A DNA stretch of 64,000 nt. Origin: Paraphysomonas bandaiensis. Its lineage: Eukaryota; Protista; Chrysophyceae. This document shows, piece after piece, positions 22,761 through 35,467 of this stretch. The position numbers and the translations under genes were made by a program. Location: NCBI GenBank assembly GCA_965644295.1, contig CBFFRP010000234.1:186001-250000 (forward strand). Direction: 5' to 3'. The notes under the pieces are model-generated. The model made no database searches. It worked only from the letters and a program-made list of their open reading frames with translations, and was not told the DNA's origin. Numbering within the stretch: the stretch's first letter is position 1; every line of letters starts with the position of its first letter.

Positions 22761-25700
22761 GCATCTCAAATATCCTACTATTCTATCTTTGTTGAACCAA
22801 GTTCTTTTTTTCGAGGATTAATCTTTAATCTAATAACGTGGAAGTTATACACTAAGAAAGTGTAGATGCTCCGTACAACTACCCAGAATAAGTTGTAGGT
22901 AAGGGGTATGTTTTATACTATAGAATTTGTTGGTTTCCTAGTAAATTTCAAATATGCTATTCGCTATTGAAGGCGTAATAAATGCAATATCTGGTTTACG
23001 TCAGTATTTCACTAATGAAAAGTTAAAATCACTACTTAAACACGTGATTACAACGGAATTCATAATTAGTTAATCAGGAAATGTCAGTTGTTAATATAAT
23101 AACAGTTATTGAAATCGAGTACTACTTCATAGCCTCCACGCTCGAGTATCGGACTTTCCCTTTGTTTTCCTAACCCCTCCAATATCATCATATAAATCAT
23201 TCTTCAAAAGGCTATGGAGGGTGTCTACTCCGCTGTCCTGTCTTTGAGACTTTTTAAAACTCCTTAGCATATAATCTAGCGAAGGATTCTCTTCCAGCAC
23301 CAACTCTCTCACGTTTTCCCATTGCCTCTTCACAACAGCAGGATCTACACTGCCCGGCTGCAGAATGTACAAACAGGTGAAAGCGTATTTGTAAAAAGGT
23401 GTTACAATATCAGGATATCAGGTGATATACAACAAAAGTCCACAGTTTACATGAACACAGAGACAGGGGCACTTACACTTTCAAGCAACATCTGTGCTCC
23501 AACAACTCGACGCCCGGCTTCATCTTGAATTTGCTCGAAGGGTATGCACCATTCCTGTGCTCTATCAGCAAGAGCTACCAACTCTTCCCCAGCGACTGTA
23601 CCACATACGGGATATGGCACCACCAGCACACGCAGAAGTGCAAACGGTACCTCATGTAGTGTATTTTTTCTCAATTGTGGGTCAACCTCATTCTCAACTC
23701 CAACACACTTTTCATATGAGGACAGCAATATATGTGCGACTCCTGCGCAAACACCATGTACTTGAATACGTAGTCCATGTTTCTGGGTTCTATGAGAAGT
23801 AGGTGGCAAAACACTCACAGACACAATTTTCGATTCTGATTCTTCGTATGATATCTTGATATCTCCTTCTTTGCAGTCGTCATCTTCTCCAATATGCCGT
23901 CCACCACTGTGTTTACTGGACTCATTTGATACCACTTTCACAGTAACGCTAACATTGTCTTTTTTCTTGAAATCGTATCCCGGTACACCAAGAAGATTTA
24001 GTCGTAATATACATTCCTCTGCAACACTCACACCAATAGTCGCACAGCTGACTCCTCTTAGACGCTCTGGTAGATCCGTCTCAGTAATATCACCCCGTGT
24101 GCCGTTTACTCCGGTGGAAATAACCCCAGTGTATTCAGTATCTGGCGCAGCAAGGTGAAAAGAAACTTCTCTTGAAATATCTAAACACTCAGTAAGGGTG
24201 TCCTGTACAAACCGAAGGAACTCATCCCCATCTACCATAAACTTCAATTTCGACTGAGATTTCATGGATGACGATACTCTCGATGGAATGTCATCTCTTG
24301 TAGCGATCTTTAGATTACCGATAACCAGAGAACCATCTTCCCTAATGTGGAGGTCTTCCACTGACGGTGTGTAAAGGCACATATGCACAGACCGACTGTG
24401 CAGTTCACGCATCGCTTCACCAAGCTGAGATACCCACATAGCTAGTAGCTGTGAATTCTTCCGGAGCGCAAGAGCTAAAGAGATCCCAGTAATAGACCTC
24501 AAGTGGGTAACTTGCGGCAGTTCGAAAGAGAATAACACACCTCCAGACGGGGAAGCGGCAGAGGGAGACTCGCGATTGACATTGAGTGGGAGAGGAAAAA
24601 GACGACTCGGTGTGCTGCTGCTGTTTATGTCAAGTAGTACGCTATATGCGTTCCAGGCGAGACTTTGTGAAGAAATATCGCTGTTAGGGATCCATAAACC
24701 CTACACAGATAATTCATCGTGTAAGTATGCACTAAAAAAACTGCAGGCATGCTTACAATTATTCCACCATCTATCCTGACAAGAGCATCCTCTGGCTCCT
24801 TCTTTTTACTATCAGCTATTCCATATTTTACAGAAGGCTGCCCATGGTGCTTTAAGTCAAGAGGATAGAAAGGAACCTGAGCTATGTGTGGTTTGTGGCC
24901 CCAAACTAACTTCACATTCTGCAAAACATTAACACAAGCACCTAAAATTAAATACTAATACCTTTAAACGTTTTCGGATTAGCATTATTCGTTCCTCATA
25001 TGACAAGTCGCGTTGGGACCGCTCTTTCGACCTACATTCACAGAGTGCCCTGTAAGATTCACGCATGTTTTTTACAGCCAATTTCGCCTTGATATATTCT
25101 GTCATGCTCGTACTAAGATCATTTTCACGTCCAGACACATCTTTCGGAGTATTAATTTCTAACAGGCTGGCTTGTGTCGATATGGTTGATAGTTCATCGT
25201 ATCTTGTGGCCAGCTCTTTCACTAAATTGGAAGAGAACTTTGAAGGGTCGGTGTCTACTCTGCCAAACACTTTCGACTCTTTTAGAACCTTCGACCATGC
25301 ATCTCAAATATCCTACTATTCTATCTTTGTTGAACCAAGTTCTTTTTTTCGAGGATTAATCTTTAATCTAATAACGTGGAAGTTATACACTAAGAAAGTG
25401 TAGATGCTCCGTACAACTACCCAGAATAAGTTGTAGGTAAGGGGTATGTTTTATACTATAGAATTTGTTGGTTTCCTAGTAAATTTCAAATATGCTATTC
25501 GCTATTGAAGGCGTAATAAATGCAATATCTGGTTTACGTCAGTATTTCACTAATGAAAAGTTAAAATCACTACTTAAACACGTGATTACAACGGAATTCA
25601 TAATTAGTTAATCAGGAAATGTCAGTTGTTAATATAATAACAGTTATTGAAATCGAGTACTACTTCATAGCCTCCACGCTCGAGTATCGGACTTTCCCTT

Positions 25701-27838
25701 TGTTTTCCTAACCCCTCCAATATCATCATATAAATCATTCTTCAAAAGGCTATGGAGGGTGTCTACTCCGCTGTCCTGTCTTTGAGACTTTTTAAAACTC
25801 CTTAGCATATGATCTAGCGAAGGATTCTCTTCCAGCACCAACTCTCTCACGTTTTCCCATTGCCTCTTCACAACAGCAGGATCTACACTGCCCGGCTGCA
25901 GAATGTACAAACAGGTGAAAGCGTATTTGTAAAAAGGTGTTACAATATCAGGATATCAGGTGATATACAACAAAAGTCCACAGTTTACATGAACACAGAG
26001 ACAGGGGCACTTACACTTTCAAGCAACATCTGTGCTCCAACAACTCGACGCCCGGCTTCATCTTGAATTTGCTCGAAGGGTATGCACCATTCCTGTGCTC
26101 TATCAGCAAGAGCTACCAACTCTTCCCCAGCGACTGTACCACATACGGGATATGGCACCACCAGCACACGCAGAAGTGCAAACGGTACCTCATGTAGTGT
26201 ATTTTTTCTCAATTGTGGGTCAACCTCATTCTCAACTCCAACACACTTTTCATATGAGGACAGCAATATATGTGCGACTCCTGCGCAAACACCATGTACT
26301 TGAATACGTAGTCCATGTTTCTGGGTTCTATGAGAAGTAGGTGGCAAAACACTCACAGACACAATTTTCGATTCTGATTCTTCGTATGATATCTTGATAT
26401 CTCCTTCTTTGCAGTCGTCATCTTCTCCAATATGCCGTCCACCACTGTGTTTACTGGACTCATTTGATACCACTTTCACAGTAACGCTAACATTGTCTTT
26501 TTTCTTGAAATCGTATCCCGGTACACCAAGAAGATTTAGTCGTAATATACATTCCTCTGCAACACTCACACCAATAGTCGCACAGCTGACTCCTCTTAGA
26601 CGCTCTGGTAGATCCGTCTCAGTAATATCACCCCGTGTGCCGTTTACTCCGGTGGAAATAACCCCAGTGTATTCAGTATCTGGCGCAGCAAGGTGAAAAG
26701 AAACTTCTCTTGAAATATCTAAACACTCAGTAAGGGTGTCCTGTACAAACCGAAGGAACTCATCCCCATCTACCATAAACTTCAATTTCGACTGAGATTT
26801 CATGGATGACGATACTCTCGATGGAATGTCATCTCTTGTAGCGATCTTTAGATTACCGATAACCAGAGAACCATCTTCCCTAATGTGGAGGTCTTCCACT
26901 GACGGTGTGTAAAGGCACATATGCACAGACCGACTGTGCAGTTCACGCATCGCTTCACCAAGCTGAGATACCCACATAGCTAGTAGCTGTGAATTCTTCC
27001 GGAGCGCAAGAGCTAAAGAGATCCCAGTAATAGACCTCAAGTGGGTAACTTGCGGCAGTTCGAAAGAGAATAACACACCTCCAGACGGGGAAGCGGCAGA
27101 GGGAGACTCGCGATTGACATTGAGTGGGAGAGGAAAAAGACGACTCGGTGTGCTGCTGCTGTTTATGTCAAGTAGTACGCTATATGCGTTCCAGGCGAGA
27201 CTTTGTGAAGAAATATCGCTGTTAGGGATCCATAAACCCTACACAGATAATTCATCATGTAAGTATGCACTAAAAAAACTGCAGGCATGCTTACAATTAT
27301 TCCACCATCTATCCTGACAAGAGCATCCTCTGGCTCCTTCTTTTTACTATCAGCTATTCCATATTTTACAGAAGGCTGCCCATGGTGCTTTAAGTCAAGA
27401 GGATAGAAAGGAACCTGAGCTATGTGTGGTTTGTGGCCCCAAACTAACTTCACATTCTGCAAAACATTAACACAAGCACCTAAAATTAAATACTAATACC
27501 TTTAAACGTTTTCGGATTAGCATTATTCGTTCCTCATATGACAAGTCGCGTTGGGACCGCTCTTTCGACCTACATTCACAGAGTGCCCTGTAAGATTCAC
27601 GCATGTTTTTTACAGCCAATTTCGCCTTGATATATTCTGTCATGCTCGTACTAAGATCATTTTCACGTCCAGACACATCTTTCGGAGTATTAATTTCTAA
27701 CAGGCTGGCTTGTGTCGATATGGTTGATAGTTCATCGTATCTTGTGGCCAGCTCTTTCACTAAATTGGAAGAGAACTTTGAAGGGTCGGTGTCTACTCTG
27801 CCAAACACTTTCGACTCTTTTAGAACCTTCGACCATGC
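22761..27838. repeat. Direct tandem duplication, unit 2538 bp (22761-25298 / 25299-27836)
   Basis: All ORFs recur at offset 2538. Junction has 2-bp GC microhomology. At least two substitutions: 23273A/25811G and 24719G/27257A. Confidence 0.97.
23127..25298 (-). pseudogene. 5'-truncated duplicate of the pseudokinase-like gene
   Basis: Near-identical to 25665-27836, but upstream of ..WSKVLKESKV it runs into the duplicated 3' flank instead of the upstream coding sequence. Confidence 0.7.
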
Positions 27839-28100
27839 CTTATTCCACCTGTCGATATCCACATCTGTACTATCTGAGGACACAAAGAATTCCGACAGGC
27901 TCCCATGAGAGGTGTCTGTGTCCAGCTCCACTGTTCTCGTCAACAGTCTCTGGAAGGCTGACTGCATTGGTAATTCGGTCTTAAGCACTCACCACCTTCA
28001 CGCTCTTCACTTTGAGACCATTGCTATGTTGGGAAAATATCCTGCGTTATGTGCAACAGAGCTACGAATAGATACCACTATGAGAGAATACATTCATAAT
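25665..28100 (-). CDS. Uncharacterised pseudokinase-like protein (copy retaining upstream exons; true 5' end not resolved)
   Basis: Spliced ORFs 27467-27988, 27163-27462, 25985-27076, 25665-25910. WVSQLGEAMRELHSRSVH..DLHIREDGSLVIGNL resembles kinase subdomains VIa-VII without HRD/DFG. Confidence 0.55.
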
Positions 28101-29350
28101 TAATGCGTTCGATACTTTTGAACTTCGACAATACACTCTGCTGCGCTGTATAGTGTTTTACTGCTGTACAAAACCATACATGCTAGATATCAGGATATTG
28201 GCACCGCAACAAAGGTATTTTCTATCATTTTGGACATTTTAGGGGAAATTGGACAAAGAAATCTAGAAATCGGGTGTCGTATCCGACGGAGACAACACAA
28301 TACAAACACGATCGCATCCACCTGTCTGAATTAGCCTTACACATCTAGACATTGATAGCAGAGAAGCCCGAAGTGAGCATGTTTCACATAGAGAATATGC
28401 TGTCGAACTCATCTGACTCACAGCGGTCGTTGATATCTAGCACTATATTGACATCAATCTCGTATCCAACACCTGAGATGCGGACGATGTCTGTTGATTG
28501 ATACAAGTGAAATTGGGTTGCTGTGCGAAAAGCCGAGTATTTATCTACGGCTGATTACTATTGATTGGGTTTTATTATTATGTTTGAATCGACGCTAAAT
28601 ATCCGTCCTAATTTAATGTCACATGAACGACTCTTCCTGGAGTATCATTCTTACACTATGCAGATAACATGGAAAGAAATATGATTTAATTGTGAATGTA
28701 CTATTTGAATGGTCAATGATCACAGATTGTACGGCAGCTATCACGTAATAGGTAAATTATATGTGCCCGTATTGCTGCAGACGAGATTCTACTTCATTTA
28801 CGCTAATTCAGGTATTTCATCATACCCCTTGATTTTTAGTCCAACACCGCGTATCTAATTGCCAAGTATTCATTTATTTATGCACTATTCACACTTTATT
28901 TTGAATTTTTTACTCCGGTTTTCTGCAGTGGACTCAAATTTTCATGCTTTGTGATTCACCTTCATCACATGTTTAATGATTAATGACCGCTGCCTATGCT
29001 GTACTGTACAGGAGAGTACTTGTACCATTTCCTATCTATTTCATATTTGATTCTATCACGGTGATTTTATACTACATTAAATATACCTCACGTTAGAATG
29101 TGCTCGTAGTACTTCCTATACGATTAAAAAGTAATACTAATAATGTGATATAGAACTGCGTTAAAAAAATCCTCAATATAATGCACAACTATCGAGTTTT
29201 CAACACAGAAACAGCTGGAATTGTTTCATAATATCTTAATATCGTTAACATGTTTGAGAATCAATCACAAACCTGCCAAAGTAACTCATTCCAATCTTTA
29301 CACTAGAAGTAACATGGAACGAAGTTACAAAATAAACGTAAAAAATTACT

Positions 29351-31125
29351 CTAGCTCTCTCGTAGCTTATATTGAGAAATGTATCCACCAAACCTTTCGG
29401 AAACTTCTTTCTGCGAGAGTCCATACTCCTCCAGGCTGTAAGTATGCAGGGCAGTATCAGCAGTTCCATTGCCCTTCTGTTCTTTTGCCTTTTGCTCCTT
29501 CAGCTTTTGGCGATCGCTGGCATTTTTCGCTAGATAAGTCGATAAGGTTTCGTCATACTCCACGGAGAAATCAATCCCTGCTTTGTCGCAAATTTTTTTC
29601 ACGGTTCCTTTAGGGTCCTTGATAATATCCTTATATCTAACATGCGTGATGTTCATCCGTTGACATGTTGTGGATAAGCTTTTCCCAGCACGTTCCAGAG
29701 CGTGTGCGGTGTACTCCATCACTGCCCTACCCATGGCGTGCTTGTCTATAGTCCAGCTCTCTGCACTCATATCCAGGAGGGTTTCATAGAGAGAGCATGC
29801 GGAAGCAATACATTCTGCAGGGTCTCGGTGAGTCCAAACGATGGTGGCATCTGGGAAAGCGGCATGTAATTCAGTAAGATAAGGGAGATGAAAAGGGCAT
29901 TTCAGAATCCATGTGAAATCCCCCTGGCGATGTTCGGATTGCCATGCCATTAACTACATAGCAAGCAGCATAATAGAAGTTAGTAGTGCAACGCAACATA
30001 TATGCAAGACATGTGCATAGCACCACACATATCATCTGATCATTTATAGTAACAACAAAACTGACCTGCAGATACTGCTTATAAAGATTAAAAGCCTCTC
30101 CGGCCCCGAGATCCATACATTCTTTGGCTGCAAACATCATGTACGGCAAACTAGGTGGGTTCAGTGGAACTTCCATTCCCACAATATTAGTGCATTCTGA
30201 AAAAATCGGGTAAAAGTGCGGTAAAGTAAAGATATACAAACTATTCAGAGACCACACTATATAAACTGATCGATGCATAATTGAATTCTAGCGCACCATA
30301 GGAATAGTTTTAATTTCGCATTTGCACAATAACCATGCAATGCAATACTTTTCATAAACAGCAAGATTTTTTCAGTGTACCTTCTGGAAGATCATAGCCG
30401 AGTCGATGTATGCGCTGCATTCGTGCTTCGTCTGTAGTCATCATCATACTTTGAAACCCTGCCCATGCCGGGCCATTATATCGCTTCAAGCGATCGCGCG
30501 TACGAGCAGCAAGAGATTCATCGTGACTTAAAGGCACGGGAGAAATTTGCTCCCACAAGAGATGGCTACTTCCCTTCGGATACATACCCAAAAGCTCGTG
30601 TAAGAAAGTGGTTCCAGTTCGTGGAAATCCAATAACAAAAACAGGACGGCGTACAGGAATCTGAGATATCTCCGGATGTCTGCGGATATATGACAACATA
30701 TCCAACCTCACAGACAGTCGAATTTGGAGAGACTGCTGCAATACCACATAACCAAAGGGGCTAATTGTCACACCAGATTTTCGAACACCTTGGAGCGCTG
30801 TATCATACTGCAGACATGCACTTCGTAGCCCTTCCTTATCTTCTTCAGTAAGGTCTTTTCCCTTAATCATACTGTTAACCAGATGAGCGGTCTTGCCGGT
30901 TGTGGATGAACTGTACGGTTGATGTAATCCAGGAAACGTTGATTCTGACCATGGCCCAATACGAAACTGTGATATAAAAATACCACAGAAAGCATCTAGA
31001 AAACATTTAAGCCAGGGCTTTGTTCCGGATTTCTGTCGAATAGAGAAAGTTTTGAAGACGACTGCAGCCACGAGAATCACCACACAGGCCGTAATCACCT
31101 GAGGCAGCACATCGAATACAGCCAT
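29351..31125 (-). CDS. Sulfotransferase (Sulfotransfer_3 / Stf3-like) with N-terminal membrane anchor
   Basis: 5'-PSB loop PVFVIGFPRTGTTFLHELL, WILKCPFHL, FPDATIVWTHRDP..SACS, HTYSLEEYGL; three exons. Confidence 0.92.
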
Positions 31126-31753
31126 ACTAAAATACCCACACTGCTCTTTCCTATAGTAGCTCAGGTAGAACTTATTCCTATAGTAATGTGCTCAATTGTT
31201 ACTGTTCATTGTACGAAAGATCGCGTTAAATACACCTGCCCGTGCATTGTGCGCTTATCTGGTGCTGGTTATACCATCATCAGGGATGGTATACAGTGGA
31301 ATACAGCCAGTACTTTTGTGAAGTTGTGTGGGATGTTCCGCAGCAGAAAATGATGCTTGCCAATACAGTTGAAAGTGGACTGCTGATTAAAATGACCCTC
31401 TTTGTAATCACCTGCTCTCGATTGTTAACAGCAGATAGCGACCACACTCACTGCTGCCAAACAACTATCGCACTCACTCTTTAACTATATATACGGCAGT
31501 ACCCATACACATTATCAATTTCTGTACTCTGTGTATACCGATGTATTCTTCTGTATTCGGTCTCATATGTTCTGCTCATAATTTGGTGCCGTATAAATTC
31601 TCTGTATTTTCATCATATTTTCGTGACTTGTTGAGATTAATGGCAATAATATCCACACGTTAAAGTATAGAGACATCAAGCCTATTAGCAAGTCAGTGTC
31701 GCGGTATCACTGCGACTCACCTGAGTGTATCGTTGGCATAAACATCTATCCTA

Positions 31754-34171
31754 ATGACGATGAGTGAGGGAAATTTTTTAGATGAACCAGAGCATAGTGT
31801 GGGTCTAGATTTCGAGGTAGAGGATGGATGGGGATGGGAAGTAGAGATTGAGGACATTGATATAGGGGCTAATGATACGGGGAATCAGATGATTAATTCA
31901 CCTGGGGGGCACAAAGATATACGCATATCACTCAAGCCCACTGTTCCTAGTAAGTTATCAGGGTCTCAGGAGAGCGACTCCTCTTTGATCAGTCGAGTGA
32001 AATCGAGCCCTTCATTCCAGGAGTTAGAGAGAGCTATTGGTGCAACTCTTGCTGTGGGTCTTGGTGAGGTCGATCCCAGTAAAAAGGACGAACAACTAAA
32101 ACTTATTAATGGCGTGATTACTCAAAAGGCTAATTTAAAGAAGAATATCCGAAGCTTCAATTCTCTTAGACACCGTGTCGAGGCTGCAAATGGTGAAATT
32201 ATTCCCGATCATATCCGATCCCCAGTAGGACGAGTCAGTGGTGCTACAATGAAGGAAGACTTGAACGTATATCTTGACATTGATACAGAATCAAGGGCAC
32301 TGATATTGTTCCACTCACCGGAGATAACCTCTTTTGACATCAAAACTGCCTGCCAACTATTCGGATCTCTTTATTATTTTAGAAGTGATTTTCACGCATT
32401 TGGCGTAACTCTAGTGTGCTACTTTGATATACGGGCAGCTATGGACGCGCATCGCTCTCTTCCTGCTCGTCTTGGGCGAATGGCTTCCGTGCACTTAAGT
32501 GTTATGCTCCAGTCGACTAATGGTCTCGACGAATCCAGACTTGTGGTTAGTCGTGTGCCAACTACGAAGGCGGAGTCCGACGTTCAAGACGTGTTCTCAG
32601 GATACGGACCTTTGAAGAGCATCCAGAAGTCGTTTAACAACAGCAATTCAGGGATGGGCGGTTCGATCGAGACCTGCGATTATACCGTGGAGTACTACAA
32701 CATACAAGATGCCAAACTTGCGATTTCTGAAATAAACTCATCTATTCTCAACTTGCTAAATGTGAACAGTGTCGTATCGTGTATGCATACCTCTAGAAGG
32801 CAGGAACAGCTGCGGAAAGATGTACTAAATGTTTTATCGCAGTGGAGGGCCAGAATTAGTAATGCGGCCGCTCTGAATGGCGTGCCGTTGCCTCCAGCGC
32901 CAAAATCACCCCCACCTGCCACAGACCCTGCCGTATACAGTGAAATGCAGACTGGTGTTTCAGCGTCCGAGGAAAGTTCTTCCGCGGATCCTTCCGGATC
33001 AGGTGCCTCTGTACTATCATCAGACAGTGGTGCGATACCGATCCCTGTACCCACTGAACCTCCGTCTGCCCGTGTCGCTAGACACGTGATGGGTCTCTCC
33101 AAATCTTCTCATCAGCAGCATCACCGGGGATCACGCCAGTCGAACTATTATTCGCAACACATGCACCAGCAACACCCGTATGCCCAAGTAAACGGGTCTT
33201 CGATGGTGTACTCACCCCCAGGAACCTCAATGGGGTATGCTCCGCATGGGCCGTACAGCCCTCCTGGATATACACCAGGTATATCATCACCTGGTAGGTA
33301 TGTGTCCGGTCCTCAAAACCAATCGATGATGCCATACTTGCCTCCGGCGTACGGGGGATATTTTGTCCCGGCGTATATGGGTGCCCCATACGCTGTCCCC
33401 ATGGGCATCTTATCCCCTCACGGCTCTTACGACAACCTTCCTTACCTTGCTCAGGGTATGCCCTCTCCACATGGGTCATATGAAAACCTCCAGTACGCGA
33501 TGGATGGGGAAGGAAATTGGAGCGCTCATGGGGACGGAGACGATGGTCGGCGTGGTGGAGGCCGTGGAGGACAAACCCGCCCCCCTCATCACAACGGTGG
33601 ACATTCTGCTGGAAAGCGAGGTGGCAGAGGGGGAAGAGGGGGCGAAGCACAAGTGGATTCGGAGTTTGTAGTCGTGCCTGAGCAGGCAGGTTCTGGCAAT
33701 GACAAGCGGACCACCGTCATGGTTCGAAACATCCCAAATAAATATACACAGTCTATGCTATTGGAGGAGATTAATATCAATTTCGAAGGCCTTTATGACT
33801 TTTTCTATCTACCAATCGACTTCAAGAATAAATGCAATGTGGGTTATGCCTTTATCAACTTCATGAATGCTACTGATGTGGCTACTTTCTTTTCTGAATT
33901 TAACGGTCAGCGTTGGAGAAATTTTAACTCGGAAAAGATCTGCAGTATATCGTACGCGAGAATTCAAGGGAAGGCGGCCATGATTGCGCGATTTCAAAAC
34001 TCTAGTTTGCTTGAAAAGGACGAGTCATACAAGCCACTTCTATTCGTGTCCAAAGGACCGGATAAAGGGAAGCCTGAGAGTTTTCCTGCCAGTGAAAAGG
34101 TTAAATTTCATCAGGGGTATAACGAGGGCTATTTATGTGGCTTCCAGGATCCAGCAGCACATCATGCATAG
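31754..34171 (+). CDS. Mei2-like RNA-binding protein (two N-terminal RRMs + C-terminal RRM3)
   Basis: Intronless 805 aa; signature DKRTTVMVRNIPNKYTQ..YDFFYLPIDFKNKCNVGYAFINF..YARIQG. Confidence 0.95.
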   Translation: MTMSEGNFLDEPEHSVGLDFEVEDGWGWEVEIEDIDIGANDTGNQMINSPGGHKDIRISLKPTVPSKLSGSQESDSSLISRVKSSPSFQELERAIGATLAVGLGEVDPSKKDEQLKLINGVITQKANLKKNIRSFNSLRHRVEAANGEIIPDHIRSPVGRVSGATMKEDLNVYLDIDTESRALILFHSPEITSFDIKTACQLFGSLYYFRSDFHAFGVTLVCYFDIRAAMDAHRSLPARLGRMASVHLSVMLQSTNGLDESRLVVSRVPTTKAESDVQDVFSGYGPLKSIQKSFNNSNSGMGGSIETCDYTVEYYNIQDAKLAISEINSSILNLLNVNSVVSCMHTSRRQEQLRKDVLNVLSQWRARISNAAALNGVPLPPAPKSPPPATDPAVYSEMQTGVSASEESSSADPSGSGASVLSSDSGAIPIPVPTEPPSARVARHVMGLSKSSHQQHHRGSRQSNYYSQHMHQQHPYAQVNGSSMVYSPPGTSMGYAPHGPYSPPGYTPGISSPGRYVSGPQNQSMMPYLPPAYGGYFVPAYMGAPYAVPMGILSPHGSYDNLPYLAQGMPSPHGSYENLQYAMDGEGNWSAHGDGDDGRRGGGRGGQTRPPHHNGGHSAGKRGGRGGRGGEAQVDSEFVVVPEQAGSGNDKRTTVMVRNIPNKYTQSMLLEEININFEGLYDFFYLPIDFKNKCNVGYAFINFMNATDVATFFSEFNGQRWRNFNSEKICSISYARIQGKAAMIARFQNSSLLEKDESYKPLLFVSKGPDKGKPESFPASEKVKFHQGYNEGYLCGFQDPAAHHA

Positions 34172-35365
34172 CTCAGTTCTCTCAGTGTCGCATTTCTATA
34201 ATAGCGATGTAAAAATTTTGAACGGTTTTGATAAGTTCCGGTTTAATATGTATAACGTTTACAGGGACGACAATTTTGAAGAGGATGTTGAAGGAGATTT
34301 TGAAAAATTAGTACTCCATATTGCGACATTTCCACCGTCACAAAGTTCAGAATCCTTGAATTCTTTAAGTTATCTTGTGTGTACAATTAGTGTGACTCCG
34401 TATTACGTCAGTATATAAATGAATACCCTTACATAAACATATAGGAATGCAATGTATTGGTGTACTGGCTATTAAGTAATATACTATATCATCGATTGCT
34501 TTCCTGTCTACGTTATATCTTCCGCAAATACATCATACATTATATGGTATGTAGATTTTTAGCTACTTCTACACAATCTGATAGATATAGACTTTTGCGC
34601 ACAAGATTGATTACAAGTTGAGTAACTGGAGCAGTACGTCATCCTGAATACCGTTTACTCGTTGTTGCCTCTACATTTCAATATAATGTTGTCTAAGAAA
34701 AAGTAAAGTGTATAACTAAGTTTTTTATACTTCAAATGCAAAAAATGCAATATTTGTTCTGCATCTACAAATACAATCAGTATATAGGGTTTCGCGCTTC
34801 ATATAACCATAATGTGCTCAATTATATTTTATATACATCAATTGTCGAGCATCCTATCAGCACATTACACATTAAGGATTCTTTTCTCTAAGTAATAGAA
34901 ATAATAATAGTAGGTACCATTACTAATAAACACGATGTGTATAATCTGCATTAACCATTTCTAGCTTTTGTGGTTGTGTCAATGGAATTCCTGTAATTCT
35001 GATTTCGTGAATTAATATTCCATCATGTTATAGTCACTTAGATCGTGTGTGTCATAGGCAGAATATCATCTATAATAAGATTCAACTATATATCTAGTAA
35101 ATGGTACCAATACACCACATAAACGCCTCGATATGGGGAAGTTTGTCGACTCTGCCGTATACTACCCTTGGACCCCATGACAACTACAACATCATATGTA
35201 TGGAACTGCGTCCATCGGTAAGGCTGCAGTGTAACATTAAAAGTGTACTGTGCATTGAGGGCTATCGAAGACGCTCTGAGTTCATGGACATAGAAAGAAG
35301 CTTATTCGTAGTCTATCTGTATCTATTATACGATGCGTGTTGCCAGACAAAAACAAAAAAATAGC

Positions 35366-35373
35366 AAAAAAAA
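35366..35373 (-). terminator. Pol III oligo-T terminator of tRNA-Ser
   Basis: T8 on the minus strand, 12 nt downstream of the tRNA 3' end. Confidence 0.7.
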
Positions 35374-35385
35374 TCGGGTTTATTG

Positions 35386-35467
35386 CGACAGAAGTGGGAT
35401 TCGAACCCACGCATGCATTGCACATTGGCTTAGCAGGCCAACGCCTTAACCACTCGGCCATCCTGCC
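35386..35467 (-). tRNA. tRNA-Ser (anticodon GCT)
   Basis: GGCAGGA/TTCTGTC acceptor stem, D-arm TGGCCGAGTGGTTAAGGC, anticodon arm TTGGC-CTGCTAA-GCCAA, long variable arm, T-loop GGTTCGAATCC, discriminator G. Confidence 0.97.
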
